64,000 bases of DNA from Eledone cirrhosa (taxonomy: Eukaryota): assembly GCA_964016885.1 (NCBI GenBank), contig OZ024743.1, positions 303,614,001 through 303,678,000 on the forward strand. Reading direction: 5' to 3'. The first letter of the stretch is position 1. Every line of letters starts with the position of its first letter. A program made the translations under genes and the position numbers. Positions 1 to 11,800 of this stretch are shown in pieces. The notes beneath the pieces are model-generated. The model searched no databases. It was not told the DNA's origin and saw only the letters and a program-made list of their open reading frames with translations.

Positions 1-2925
1 ACTGGGGATGAAACAGGTGGCTCGCTGGGACAGCAATCTGTTGGAGTCTCTGGTGTAGTGACTGTTACAGTACCATGATGGCTTTTTTCAATCTGTCCAC
101 GCTGACAGAATTCTGTTTACCATCTAGATCGAGAATAAAATATTTCGGATGTGTTTTTAGAACACGATAAGGGCCAGAATATGGAGGGCGAAGATGAGCT
201 GAGATGGTGTCGTTTCGAAAGATAACGTGTGTCCAATCGTTAATGTCTGAAGGTACGTGTGTGGCCGTGTTCTGTTGACGGGTGCTTGCAGGAGCAAGGT
301 GAGAAATATATTGTCGAAGACGGTGTACGTATGATCCTGGGTCTGGAACATCCTGTAGAGAGATGGGAGCAACCATCTGACCAGGGTGTTGCCGTACACT
401 AATTCTGCAGGTGTGTATCCGAATTCCTCCTTAACGGTGGATCGAATGCCCAGAAGGATGAGTGGTAGGTATTAAAACCCGTGGGTCTTGTCTGGATATG
501 CTTTTATTGCAGCTTTCAATTTGCGATGGAATCTTTCCACGAGATCATTAGCTTGCGGGTGATAAGCTGTCGTGCGGATGTGTTTACATCCTAACAGGCG
601 AGTCAGTTCCCCTGAAGAGGGGGGAGTCAAATTGGCGTCCTCTGTCCGTTGTTATCTTCGCTGGGGCGCCGTAACGTGATGCCTAGTGTAAAACCAAAAT
701 TTTAGCGACTGTTTCCGCTGAGGTATCATTTAAGGGAAAAGCCTCAGGCCAACGGGAAAATTGACCTATGCAGGCGAGCAAGTGTGTGTAGTTCTGTGAG
801 GGTGGTAGAGGTCCGACGATGTCGATATGCACATGATGAAAAGGTGCATCAGGTTGCGCGAACGTGCCGAGTGGAGTTTTGATGTGTCTGTGGACTTTGG
901 CTTTCTGTCAGGCAATGCAGCTCCTGAACCAGTCGCGCATGTCCTTGTTAATGTTAGTCCACACAAAACGAGCAGAGATGAGTTTCTGTGTAGCCCGGAT
1001 TCCCGGGTGAGACAAGCAGTGTAAAGCAGAAAAAACCTGTCGACGATGCATCTGTGGTACGTACGGTCGTTCATGACCGGTAGAAAATCGCACCAAATTT
1101 GTCCCGGAGAAGAAGAAATGGGAACTTGCTGAAACTTGAGGGATGACAAATCTCGGAGCTTGATAAACTCTTCGTCAGTCTCTTGGTCAGCTGCGATCTG
1201 TTGAAGGTCGATGCCCGAATGCACATGTACTGCGTTCAGCTGGATTTGGGACAGGGCGTCTGCTGCTAAGTTGTCTGATCCCTTGATATGCCGGATATCA
1301 GTTGAATATTGGGAGACAAAATCCAGGTGTCGGAGTTGTCTCGGTGAATGTCGATCAGATTTGGTACGTAATGCATAAACTAGTGGTTTATGGTCCGTGT
1401 AGATCACGAAATCTGATCCTTCGAGCATGTGCCGAAAATGCTAAACCGAAAGATAGGTTGCCAAGAGTTCGCGGCCAAAGGTACTGCATTTCATTTCTGC
1501 CAGTTGCAAACGCCGTCGACATGTTGTTGTAAAACGCCTCCAACCCCCGTATCTGATGCGTCCACTAGCATCGAAAGAGGAGCGCCAGACCTGGAGAAAA
1601 CGAGCATGGAAGCGTTTGCCAACATTTCCTTCGGGCGGTTAAAAGATGTTAATTCTTCCTCGTTTAGAGTGATCTCTTCGTTTTTGCGAGTTCGTTTACG
1701 AAGAAGGTCCGTGAGGAGTCTGGCTGCGTCGGAACAGTGAGGGATAAAACGCCTATAAAAATTCACCAAACCGAGGAATTCACGCAGTTTCCGAAGTGAA
1801 GTAGGTGCGGGAAAACTGCGGATAGCTTCTACTTTCTCGGGAAGTGGACAAATGCCGTCTTTATCGATGATGTGCCCGAGAAAGGACAGTGAAGGAACGC
1901 CGAGAAGGCACTTGCTGGGTGATGATGATACCGTACTCAGCCAAACGTTGGAAAAGGAGATCTAAGTGCTTCTCGTGTTCTTGCTCGGAAGTACTTGCTA
2001 CCAGCTCGTCGTCAATATACGCGTATACGAAGGGTAGATCACGTAACACAGTGTCAATAAACCGCTGAAAAGTGTGTGCAGTCTTGCGCACACCGAACGG
2101 CATTCGCAGGAATTCAAATAAACCGAACGGTGGTGTGATTGCGGTCTTCGGAATATCTGCAGGCTCCATAGGTATCTGGTTATATGTACGCACCAAATCT
2201 ATCTTGGAAAAGATGCGTGCGCCTTGCAGAGAGGCAGAAAAGTCGTGCAAGTGAGGTACAGGGTAATTATCGGGTACTGTAGAATTGTTAAGTACACGAT
2301 AATGCCCACATGGTCGCCAATCATTCTCAGTTTTTTTAGGAACAAGGTGTAGGGGTGCAGACCAGTCGCTGGAGGAAGGGCGAATGATTCCGAGGCCCAG
2401 CATGTGTTGGAACTCCTGTTTGTCGATTCTCAATAGGTCTGGAGGCAGTCTCCTTGGTCGGGCAGCTGTGGGTGGTCCCCTTCTCTCGATGTGGTGCGCG
2501 ACACTATGCTTAATAGGACCATCCTTAAATACCGGGCGAGTGATGTCTGGGTATTTCTGGAGAATGCCGTTGTACCTCGAAGGCTCTGACTGGCAAATTA
2601 CAGGGCCCATCTGTGGATTGCGTGGTAAATGTACCTCTCACAGTGAGGTTTGTGGTGGTGTCAATAAGCCTCCGGTTCTTCATATCCACCAGAAGTTTGA
2701 AGTGGTGGAGAAAATCGTCTCCTAGGATAGGGGTCGGCAGGTCTGCCGCGACGAACCACCATTGAAAACGCCGCCTCAGGCCTAAATTGATGGTCAGTGA
2801 TTTTTACCCGAAAGTCGGAATTGACGATTGGTTCACTGCCTGCGGAAAGGACGGTGTTGGGTGTCTTTTACCCGAGATTAGTGAAACAGGAATAACACTA
2901 ACCCGGGCTCCTTTATCCACGAATC
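1..2925 (-). mobile_element. Degenerate Ty3/Gypsy LTR-retrotransposon pol (protease, RT, RNase H, integrase); no gag or LTR visible
   Basis: Minus-strand pieces in Gypsy order: FVDKGARVSVIP protease-like motif (about 2885-2923); RT with [40 protein letters not shown] (ORF 1861-2610); VDASDTGVGGVL and IYTDHKPL RNase H; HPGIRAT..C zinc region; VERFHRKLK integrase; PPYSGPYRV GPY/F motif. Many frameshifts and stops. Confidence 0.93.
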
Positions 2926-5900
2926 AGCTGGTAAGTTTCTGCCAATTTATTTATAAAAAAAACAGAAATTCTTGTAAAAAAACACATTGTTTTGTAGATT
3001 AACCCACTTCAGGCTGAATTTTCAGCTGGGTGTCAGTCTCAATTATCGCCCCCACAGGGGACAAAATTTAATTTGAAATTAATTTGAAAAACTGTTAAGA
3101 ACATTTTTATCATTTTTTCATCGGCAATGGCTAGCGTACAAGGAACGCTAGCGAACGTTGAGAAAGGAAAAAGAAAAGAAGAATTAGAGGATAACGTTGC
3201 TACGAGCTCTGCCTGTATCAATGTAGCTGAAAACAAAGTTTTGTTTCGAGAAAGTGAAGTAGACAACACAGACAAATTGAATCACACAGTTTACAACAGG
3301 CACCAAAACAACAGAAAAAACAATTGACACAACTACAAACGGAAAAACCGACAACCACAGCAACAACAACAACAACGATAAAAAAATAACTTTTACAGAA
3401 ACAATCACAAATAATATGGATTTCAACGTTACCTAAAACTCCGCATGTATTAGCGTCACTATGGAAGCCAATATGGACAACAAGGTTTTGTTTCATGAAA
3501 AGGAAATATATAATAAAAACAAGATTGAACCACACAGTGCACAACACACACCAAAAACAACAGAAAAAAACAACAGAAAATAAAACGATTGACACAACTA
3601 TAAACGGAAAAACCGACAACCACAACAACAACAACAATAACAACGACACCAAAAAAAAATAACTTTTGCGCAAACAGTCATGAACAAATAAGATTTCAAG
3701 TATCTTGGTATCTCCAATGCGAGACAGATGCTCTCTGAAGCAAAGGAGTGTATCATTTTAGGTGAAAACGGTGGATTTAAAATAAACTCACCCACAGAAA
3801 TTCGTCTTGAAACACTTCGAAGAACAGTTACCTTCACAACTGTTTCAAATGAAACAAAAAGACCAGCATTCCTCAGTCAAGAGGAAATAGAGGCAACCTT
3901 GAAGGAGATATTGCCAAATATTGACTTTATGCAGAGGGCCAAACAGTATGGGAGTATGTCGGTGCCCTCAAAAGCGAGGCCCTCGCACAAAAAAGATTCA
4001 GTGAAACAAATACTGTAAAAAAAATTCACCTTTTTCCCTACATACCTGGGAAAAAGCTCAGAAAATCAAAATCACAAACATACCACGAAATATTAATATT
4101 TGGTGGATATTGGCAAGTTTTTTTAGAGGAGGGACAAGACACCATTCTCTACATCACCAAGTCAAACAGACACGCGTGGTCTGCTACAAATTTTGAGATT
4201 CTGGTGCAAATGAGGCCGGAGAGGATCTCCAAAATACCCGAAAAAGTGCTGGTGGACAACAGCCACATGAAAAATTCGGTTGAAAGAAGAAGACCACACT
4301 GCTTTCGATTAACAGCACAGCACATCTAAAGGCCTTCTGCTCTTTACAGACACATTTTTAAAAAACAACCCCCCAAAAATATGTTTACCAACACCAACCC
4401 GAAATCATCCACCACCACCACAACAACAGCAACAACACACGAAACAAGCAAACGCACCAAAATAAACAACCACTCAACCAACAACAGCAGGAAAAACACA
4501 AACAACTCCCCGAAAAATACAGTTCAACCCCATCCCACTCCATCCAACACTGCCAGAAACACACACACGAACAAAGCATCACCACACAAGATGCCCCTAC
4601 CGCAAGCTCCTGCTGACGAATCATCCTCAGAAGAAGCTACTTTTTTATCTCCAAGTGAAGATGAAGGACAACCTCGAAAATAAAAAAAACAAAAAAAATG
4701 CACCACAAAACCACAAAACAACAATCACTAACGCCAACATACAACCACCATCACAAACAACGACACAAATAACACCATAATCAACCCCCCCCCCCGCCCT
4801 ACCAGCAAACAAACACAAACACCACCCCAAACACAAGCACGCACCATAAAAATAAAACTCCCGGACGAACAACAAACTAAAACAACACAACAAAAAAACG
4901 AACAACAATACACATACATCAACACAAACAGCAAGAAGTTGATGGAAGTCATCTCCCAAAACCCCAAGGTGGAGAAGGAGGGTAAAACTTTCGTTAAAGC
5001 AGAATCGTCTCCACACTTCAAACTGATAAGGGTTTCTATGGACACATATAGCAAACTAAAAACAAAATGTTCGCAGGACTTGGGCAACCCCTGTCAAAAA
5101 CCCATAAAACCGTGTCCTGTTAAAATGTTTCCCCACCCAACACCCCACCAGCACCCAAATGGAGATTGAACAACCCGATCTCCAGGAAACGAAAATGTAA
5201 ATGCACCTGTTTTGGAAACAGGGCCAACTTTTAAACGACCTTAGGTCACACGGTATGGATGTGATAGCCATCACCGGGTCCAGGATCCACAACAGGCAGC
5301 AACTAACCTCCATCTTCAAAGACTTTGAGATCTACGCATCTCTCTGTTAGCCAGCAGGTGGAGGGGGAGTGGCTGTCATGTTTCGGAAAATCCTGGACGT
5401 CGAAGTACAGCAAGTACACTTGGACCCGCAGGGTAGACTGGTAGTCTTAGACGGGAATAGTGTTGGAGGTGGAACCTTCAGACTGGTGGCCGTTTATGCC
5501 CCGAATGGGCAATCGTGGCCTGACTTCTTTAAACGTCTAGATTCTTTTCTGGGAACGTCTTGCTCCTTGCCTTTGGTGGGGGACTGGAATGGCATCCTAG
5601 ACGCACGATGGGACTATGTAGGATCATGTCCCAGTAGAGGTGGGTGCAACAGCCTCAAAATTTAATCGGCCAATTCCAGCTGGCCTTTAGGTATCGACTA
5701 GATTTCCCGACTGCACCACAGTGGATTTGGACAAACCGTAGCGGGACATCGAGATCGTATTTAGACAGGTTCTTTATCAGAGAGAGTGAGAGAGAGAAGA
5801 AGATGTTAAGCTGTCCACAAATGCACATGGTTGCCTATTCAGACCACAGACTAGTCATCTGCATAGTCAACCGTGATAGAATACATAGACAAAGACCCGG

Positions 5901-8723
5901 ATACTGGAAGCTGAACGTGTCGCTACCGACGCGTAAATCCTACAATGACCGGATAAGTAGATTAGTTAAGCAACAATTGCCAGGAACAATCGTCAACAGA
6001 AGATTGCGATAATCCTTCAAGAAAGCAATTAGAGTAGAGTCGATAGACTTTAGCAGAGAGTTAGCCTCAGAGAGAAACAAAACAGAAACGGAACTAGTAG
6101 CCAAGATAGAGGAGGCGCTTAGGAGTGGCAACGTAGCTAGAGTGCTAGTAACGAGAACGGCACTGGACCAGTTCTTCGACGCGAAACACGAAGGCTGCGT
6201 GGTCAGAAGTAAATCACGTTCTCTAGGAAACGAGGGAGCGAAAGCTGTTAGCTGGGCCCGAGTGGTAGAGGCGAAAAGTGGCAACAAGTCAACGATTCGG
6301 TCTTTGAAATACCAAAACAGACGAGTGCTACTTGATCTCAAGCGGATATGCGCGGCCTTTCAGCGGCACTTTGCGCAACTGGTCGAGCAGAGTGTCGGTG
6401 CGTTGAATGGGGCAATGGACTTCGGTTCATGCCTCGACGGCCTGCCGCGTCTCTCGAGCATGGACGGTGAGTCTGTGAAAGACCGATCACAGCCACTGAG
6501 ATACGGTACGCTCTGGGCTGCTGCGGGAAACGCAAATCTCCCGGTCTAGATGGTCTATCCTATGAGTTTTACATAGGCATGCCGGACTTGTTCTCTGGCG
6601 TCCTCGATGACGTCTACTGCAATTGGTAGCAGAACGGGAGAATTCCCAGCTCTGCAGACAGAGACGTAATAACGCTGATCAGGAAAGACAAGAACATGGG
6701 GATGAACTAAGCAAATTTAGGCCCATAACTCTGCTCAACACAGAGTTAAAGATTTTGGCCAAGGTATTGGCACCAAGGTTGACGCTTGTCGTCGAGAACC
6801 TGGTAGGAAAGCGCATAGGTGTGCAATCCCGACCAGGTCCATACACGACAACCTCCACCTCATGCAATACATCATAGAGAGGGTGGGGTGTTAACCCGGC
6901 TTCGGTGGGACGCTGATCAATTTAGATCAGTCTAAAGCGTTCGATAGGGTCGATCACCGCAAGCACACCAACATCTGCTCCATGGTCAAGGTGAACGGCT
7001 ACCTATCGGAGCCGTTCGCAATCACGCGTTCCATCCGACAGGGATTCCCTGTCTCCTCCATTCTGTACGTACGGACTCTAGAGCCATTACTGTGGAATTT
7101 GGAGCTGCTGCAGGGCATCCCGTTGGAACCGGGACTGCGGAAAGCGGCGTCGGCTTATGCTGACAAGGTGACGGTAATGGTATCGGAAACCTCGTAAATC
7201 GGGGCGATAGGCAACTTCCTGCAAGAATACCAAAGGCACACAGGAGCAAACCTGAACCCAGACAAGTCTGTCTGTTTGCAACTCGGAACGTGGAGAGGCA
7301 AACCGATGCCGTCCGACAGCTTCGTCAGATGCTGGACGGACGGAACGGTGAAATTGCTCGGGGTCTGGTTCGGTGTGGACCTCCAGGTGGAGAAATACTG
7401 GAACGAGGTAACGGCTAAGGTATTTGCGCTCACCCAGAATTGTGCAGGGTGCAAACTATCCTTGAAAGGTCGAACGGAAGTGGCGAACACTTTCATAGCG
7501 TCCGTCATCTTCTACCGCTTGACCGTTGTGCCTTGTCCCCGTGAACACCTCACCAAGATGGAACGCATGCTCTTCCAGTTCCTTTGGAAGAAGCAGGCTC
7601 CTCTGGTGAGGAGATCCGTCTGCTGTCAGCACCCTTCCAATGGAGGGCTGGGAATACCGTGGCTGATGATGCGCAAGCATGAGCTGAGGCTACGGCATCT
7701 ACGGGTATTCCTCACCGACCCCCAACCGATGTGAGACAGGCCTTCCCGCAACTTGTCGCGCTGACGGAGCTGCAGTCCTGGTTTAAGCGGAGACCGAAGA
7801 AGATGGGCGCCTGGCACATTGAATTCGCTCAGGCACCTACAGTCCTCTGTCAATCGTTCACGGCAATCAGTGGAGACTCCACTTCGACATTCTATAGGGG
7901 GTTAATACGTCACAAGGGCAACGACGTGCTCGGATAGTTTCTAGGCGTCGAAGACGACGAACACACCTGTTTGTTTGATATGACTTTCCGCCGGGGATCT
8001 ATGGACAACTTTGAGACGTCACTGGCCTGGCAGAGCTACCGAGGAGCTCTACCAGTTCGTGACAAGATCTACAGGTACGGATGCCCCGGCAGGGATCCTT
8101 CCAAGAGGACGTGTCCAAGATGCGGGCATGACATTGAAACCGTCCTGCACGCAATTGTACACTGCCGGGGCGTAACCAACCTGGGACTACGCAGAACAAC
8201 TGCTGTCATGTATGGGACAAATCCAGTTGACTTCCGATACCATAGTAAGGATCAAACCGCCAACTTCTTTCATAAACGAAAGAGAGGCGGTTTTCCTCTG
8301 TATGGTGGCTATGGTGAAAGAGTTTATACGGTGGACGAGATTGAGAGGACTGAGGACAGAGGCCTTTCTCTCCGGACAACAACTAATTCCCTTCTTTGGA
8401 AACCACTTTAGTAGGAGAATCAGAGCGGAGAGAGAGGCATTGCACCCCAGTAAATTTACTGAAAGGTGGGTGAATGTAGCAAAAAGGGCCCGAGTTATTG
8501 GGCCTTCTCTGTATATGAACCTGTAGGTTGAAGAGGAGAGCGAAAGGAAGAAAGGAGACTTGCAGAAGACGCTACTGAAGTTGAGGGTTGTTTTATCGAC
8601 GGGGATTTCGATTGTTATATTTGTTTGTTTCATATTTTTACACGATTGTATGTAAAATGTCCGGCATGTCTTTGTTTTGTCCCCTTTTCTTGTGCGCCCT
8701 TGTGGCTAATAAAGAAATATCTA

Positions 8724-8754
<31 letters not shown>

Positions 8755-8755
8755 A

Positions 8756-8783
<28 letters not shown>
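2926..8783 (+). mobile_element. L1/Tx1-clade LINE copy 1, near full length, degenerate (ORF1 about 3127-5169, ORF2 about 5200-8526), followed by (ATCT)n
   Basis: APE endonuclease motifs VYAPN, GDWN, YLDRF, SDH; RT motifs FRPITLLNTELKILAK, LDQSKAFDRVDH, YADK; C-terminal CPRC..ETVLHAIVHC; AATAAA near 8708 then (ATCT)n. Fragmented by stops, frameshifts and an internal deletion near 6960. Confidence 0.92.
3230..3720 (+). repeat. Diverged tandem duplication (about 250-bp period) inside ORF1 of LINE copy 1
   Basis: TTGACACAACTA(C/T)AAACGGAAAAACCGACAACCACA and AAAAATAACTTTT occur at about 3323-3394 and again at about 3589-3667, with flanking similarity (GTTTTGTTTC..ATTGAA.CACACAGT). Confidence 0.8.
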
Positions 8784-8793
<10 letters not shown>

Positions 8794-8803
8794 ATTGACT
8801 GTC

Positions 8804-11800
8804 TCATCTAGCTGTCGTCTGTTTGACAGCGTAGACGTAATTCACTTCGCGCAGAAGTTTTGTTCCAATTTATTGCGGACATTTTGTAAGTTTAATTTTA
8901 ATTTTGATACTGTTGTGTAGCTTGACCCCCCGTCTGAACTGTCAGGCGGTGGGTCAGCTCATCTTCGCCCATCCCAGGGGTGAAAAACCTGTTTTTTTAA
9001 ATTTTGTGGCATAACATTTCAATCATCTGGCAGAAATGTTAAACGAAGCTAACGAAAATAGAGGTGGAGGGGACACAGCGGTAAGATTTGTAAGCTCGCA
9101 CGCTTTAGTCCCCCCTTCCTTCCCAACTAACGTCATAGAGAAGGAAAGAAAAAATAAAAGAAAAACAGACGAATGTGCGGAGTAACATGACGAAAACACA
9201 AATCTGGAGATTGATTCCAACAACAACAAAAATTTGAAAGAATTACATGACAATATAATACCACAAACCAAGAAACAACAAACACAAAAATAACATTTGA
9301 AAACAACATCATAACAGAAAGCAAAACAGACGGCAAAGTCAACACCAATAATATTTCATTTCCACAAACAACAAAGAAATCTTTAACATATATACCTGAA
9401 AATATTTCAGATGTGGCACAAAGAAAAAAAGACGCCAAACAATACATAACTCAAGGGGAAAATGGAACCTTATCGGTAAAAATGCCCCATGAACTCACCA
9501 AATATATATTGAAAGTCGGACGGTCGTTTTCCGCACCATCAACAATATCTCAACAACCAACACAAGCAGAAATTAAAGCAGTACTTACAAAAGTACTTAA
9601 TGAAGCCACTTTCATAAGAAGAGACAGGCTGTATGGAAGCCTAGCGATTATTATGAAGAACGAATCAGCGGCAAAAAAATATGCTTTGTCGCCGATTCGT
9701 TCGACAAATTTTACCTTTTATCCATCTTATATGGGTAAAAGAACTCAGCGCATATGGCTGGATGCGATGATGCCAGATGTGGACTACTGCTGGTTCATAG
9801 CTGGCTTCATCAATCCAGCGAATGATAACGTGATTTCCATTGGGAAAACCACAGGCAATGCGTTCAGTGGAACAGGTATAGAACTTGTAGTGCAAATGAA
9901 GCCTGAACGCATTGCCCAAATACCCGACAGAATCCTATTAGAGGGCCACGGGTATTATAAACATTAGCGTGGAGGGGATAAGGCCGTCCTGTCATATTTG
10001 TGCAGGCAGAGGGCACCTGAAGGCAGCTTGTCCCCAACTCAACAGGAAGAAAACCCTGCTACCAACACCAGCTCCACCACCACCACAACAGATAAACAAA
10101 CAACAAAACTCAGTCCCACCCAACCCGTCCCTCAGTAAAACTACACCACCACCACAACACAAACAGACACAACACATTACCCCAAAACAAAACACAGTCC
10201 CACCCAAACCCTCACTCAATAAAACAACACAACCACCGCAGCCACAACACACAACACAGTCTAACATAGTGACATCCATTCCCCCCACAAGGAAAACCAA
10301 CACGGAAACATTACCAGCAAACATACCTCTTCCCTCCAACACTGAAGATAACCCAACGAATTCGGAGGAAGAAAGGGAGTCCTTCAGACAGATTAAAAGG
10401 AAAAAAAGAAACCATGTGCAAAACACACAAGGCCAAACAGCCCCTACCCAAATGTCAACACAATCCAACAAAACACAAAACACCCCTCCAGCAACAAACA
10501 AAACCAAACCTGCCCCTCCTCTCTTCGAAACACTCACACCATCCGAAAAAAAGACATTACACTATACTTACATCAACAGAAAGAATAATAAATTAAATGA
10601 ACTCATGAACAATAACCCTTCGGTACAAACCGAAGGGGTAAACTTTGTTTCTTCAGAAAACTACCCACATTTAAAATTAATAAAGATCCCAATGAACCTC
10701 TACCAAAAACTAAAAAAGGATTTTAAGGAGGACGTAGGACCACCCTCTGTCAAACCCATAAACCGCGTCCTCCTAAAAAGTTTTCCCCCTCCCCTTCCCC
10801 TCCCCAACACAACTCCAAACACCCCAACCCCACCACACACTGACGACCCCACACCACCACAAGACACCCCTTCACCCAACATCCCCGACCCCATGGAAGT
10901 CGTGCGACCCGAACCCCGGAAATCAGAAAGGTAGGTCTCTGCACTCTCCTTTGGCTTTGCCGCCCACATGGATGCGTTAAGAGTAGGATGTCTGAATGCA
11001 CGTGGCCTGGGCTCAACTTGGAAGCAAGCAAAGCTTCTAAATGACCTCAGGTCACGTGGTATAAATGTAATGGTTATCTGTGATACTCGGATCAGCGTCG
11101 TGCGGCAGCTGGCCCCTACCTTCGATGACTTTGAGGTGCATGCATCTCTCTGTCAACCTGGAGGTGGGGGTGGGGTTGTCGTACTGCTGGAAAAACACCT
11201 GGGTCTCGACGTACAGGTTGTTCACTCGGACCCGGAAGGTCGTTTGTTGGTGCCAGACGTTGGCAGTAGTGAAGGCGCGGCCTTGAGACTGGTCGCTGTC
11301 TACTCCCCTTTCGGAGCTGAATGACCCGACTTCTTCCAGCGTCTGGAGACTTTTCTGGAAACGTCGCGTTCCCTGCTTCTAGCGGGGGATTGGAATGACA
11401 TCCTAGATGCACGTTGGGACTATGCAGGAGCATGTCCTAATAGAGAGGTGTGTAACAGCCTCAAGGGGTTACTCGACCGTTTTAACTTGGTCGATAGATA
11501 TCGACTAGATTTTCCAACTGTGCCAATCTGGACTTGGACGAACCACAGTGGTCAATCTAGATCGTACTTAGATAGATTCTTAGTTAGAAGTAAGGATAGG
11601 GACATATTAAGCTGTCCAGAAATGTTCACGGTTGGCTATACGGATCACAAATTAGTGACCTGCGTAGTCAATCTCGAGAAAACACATAAACAGGGACCCG
11701 GTTACTGGAAACTTAATTTGTCTTTACCGGCAAAAGAGACTTACAGAAACCAGATTAGCAGATTAGTTAAGGAGAGGTTGACGGGTGCAATCGTCAACAA

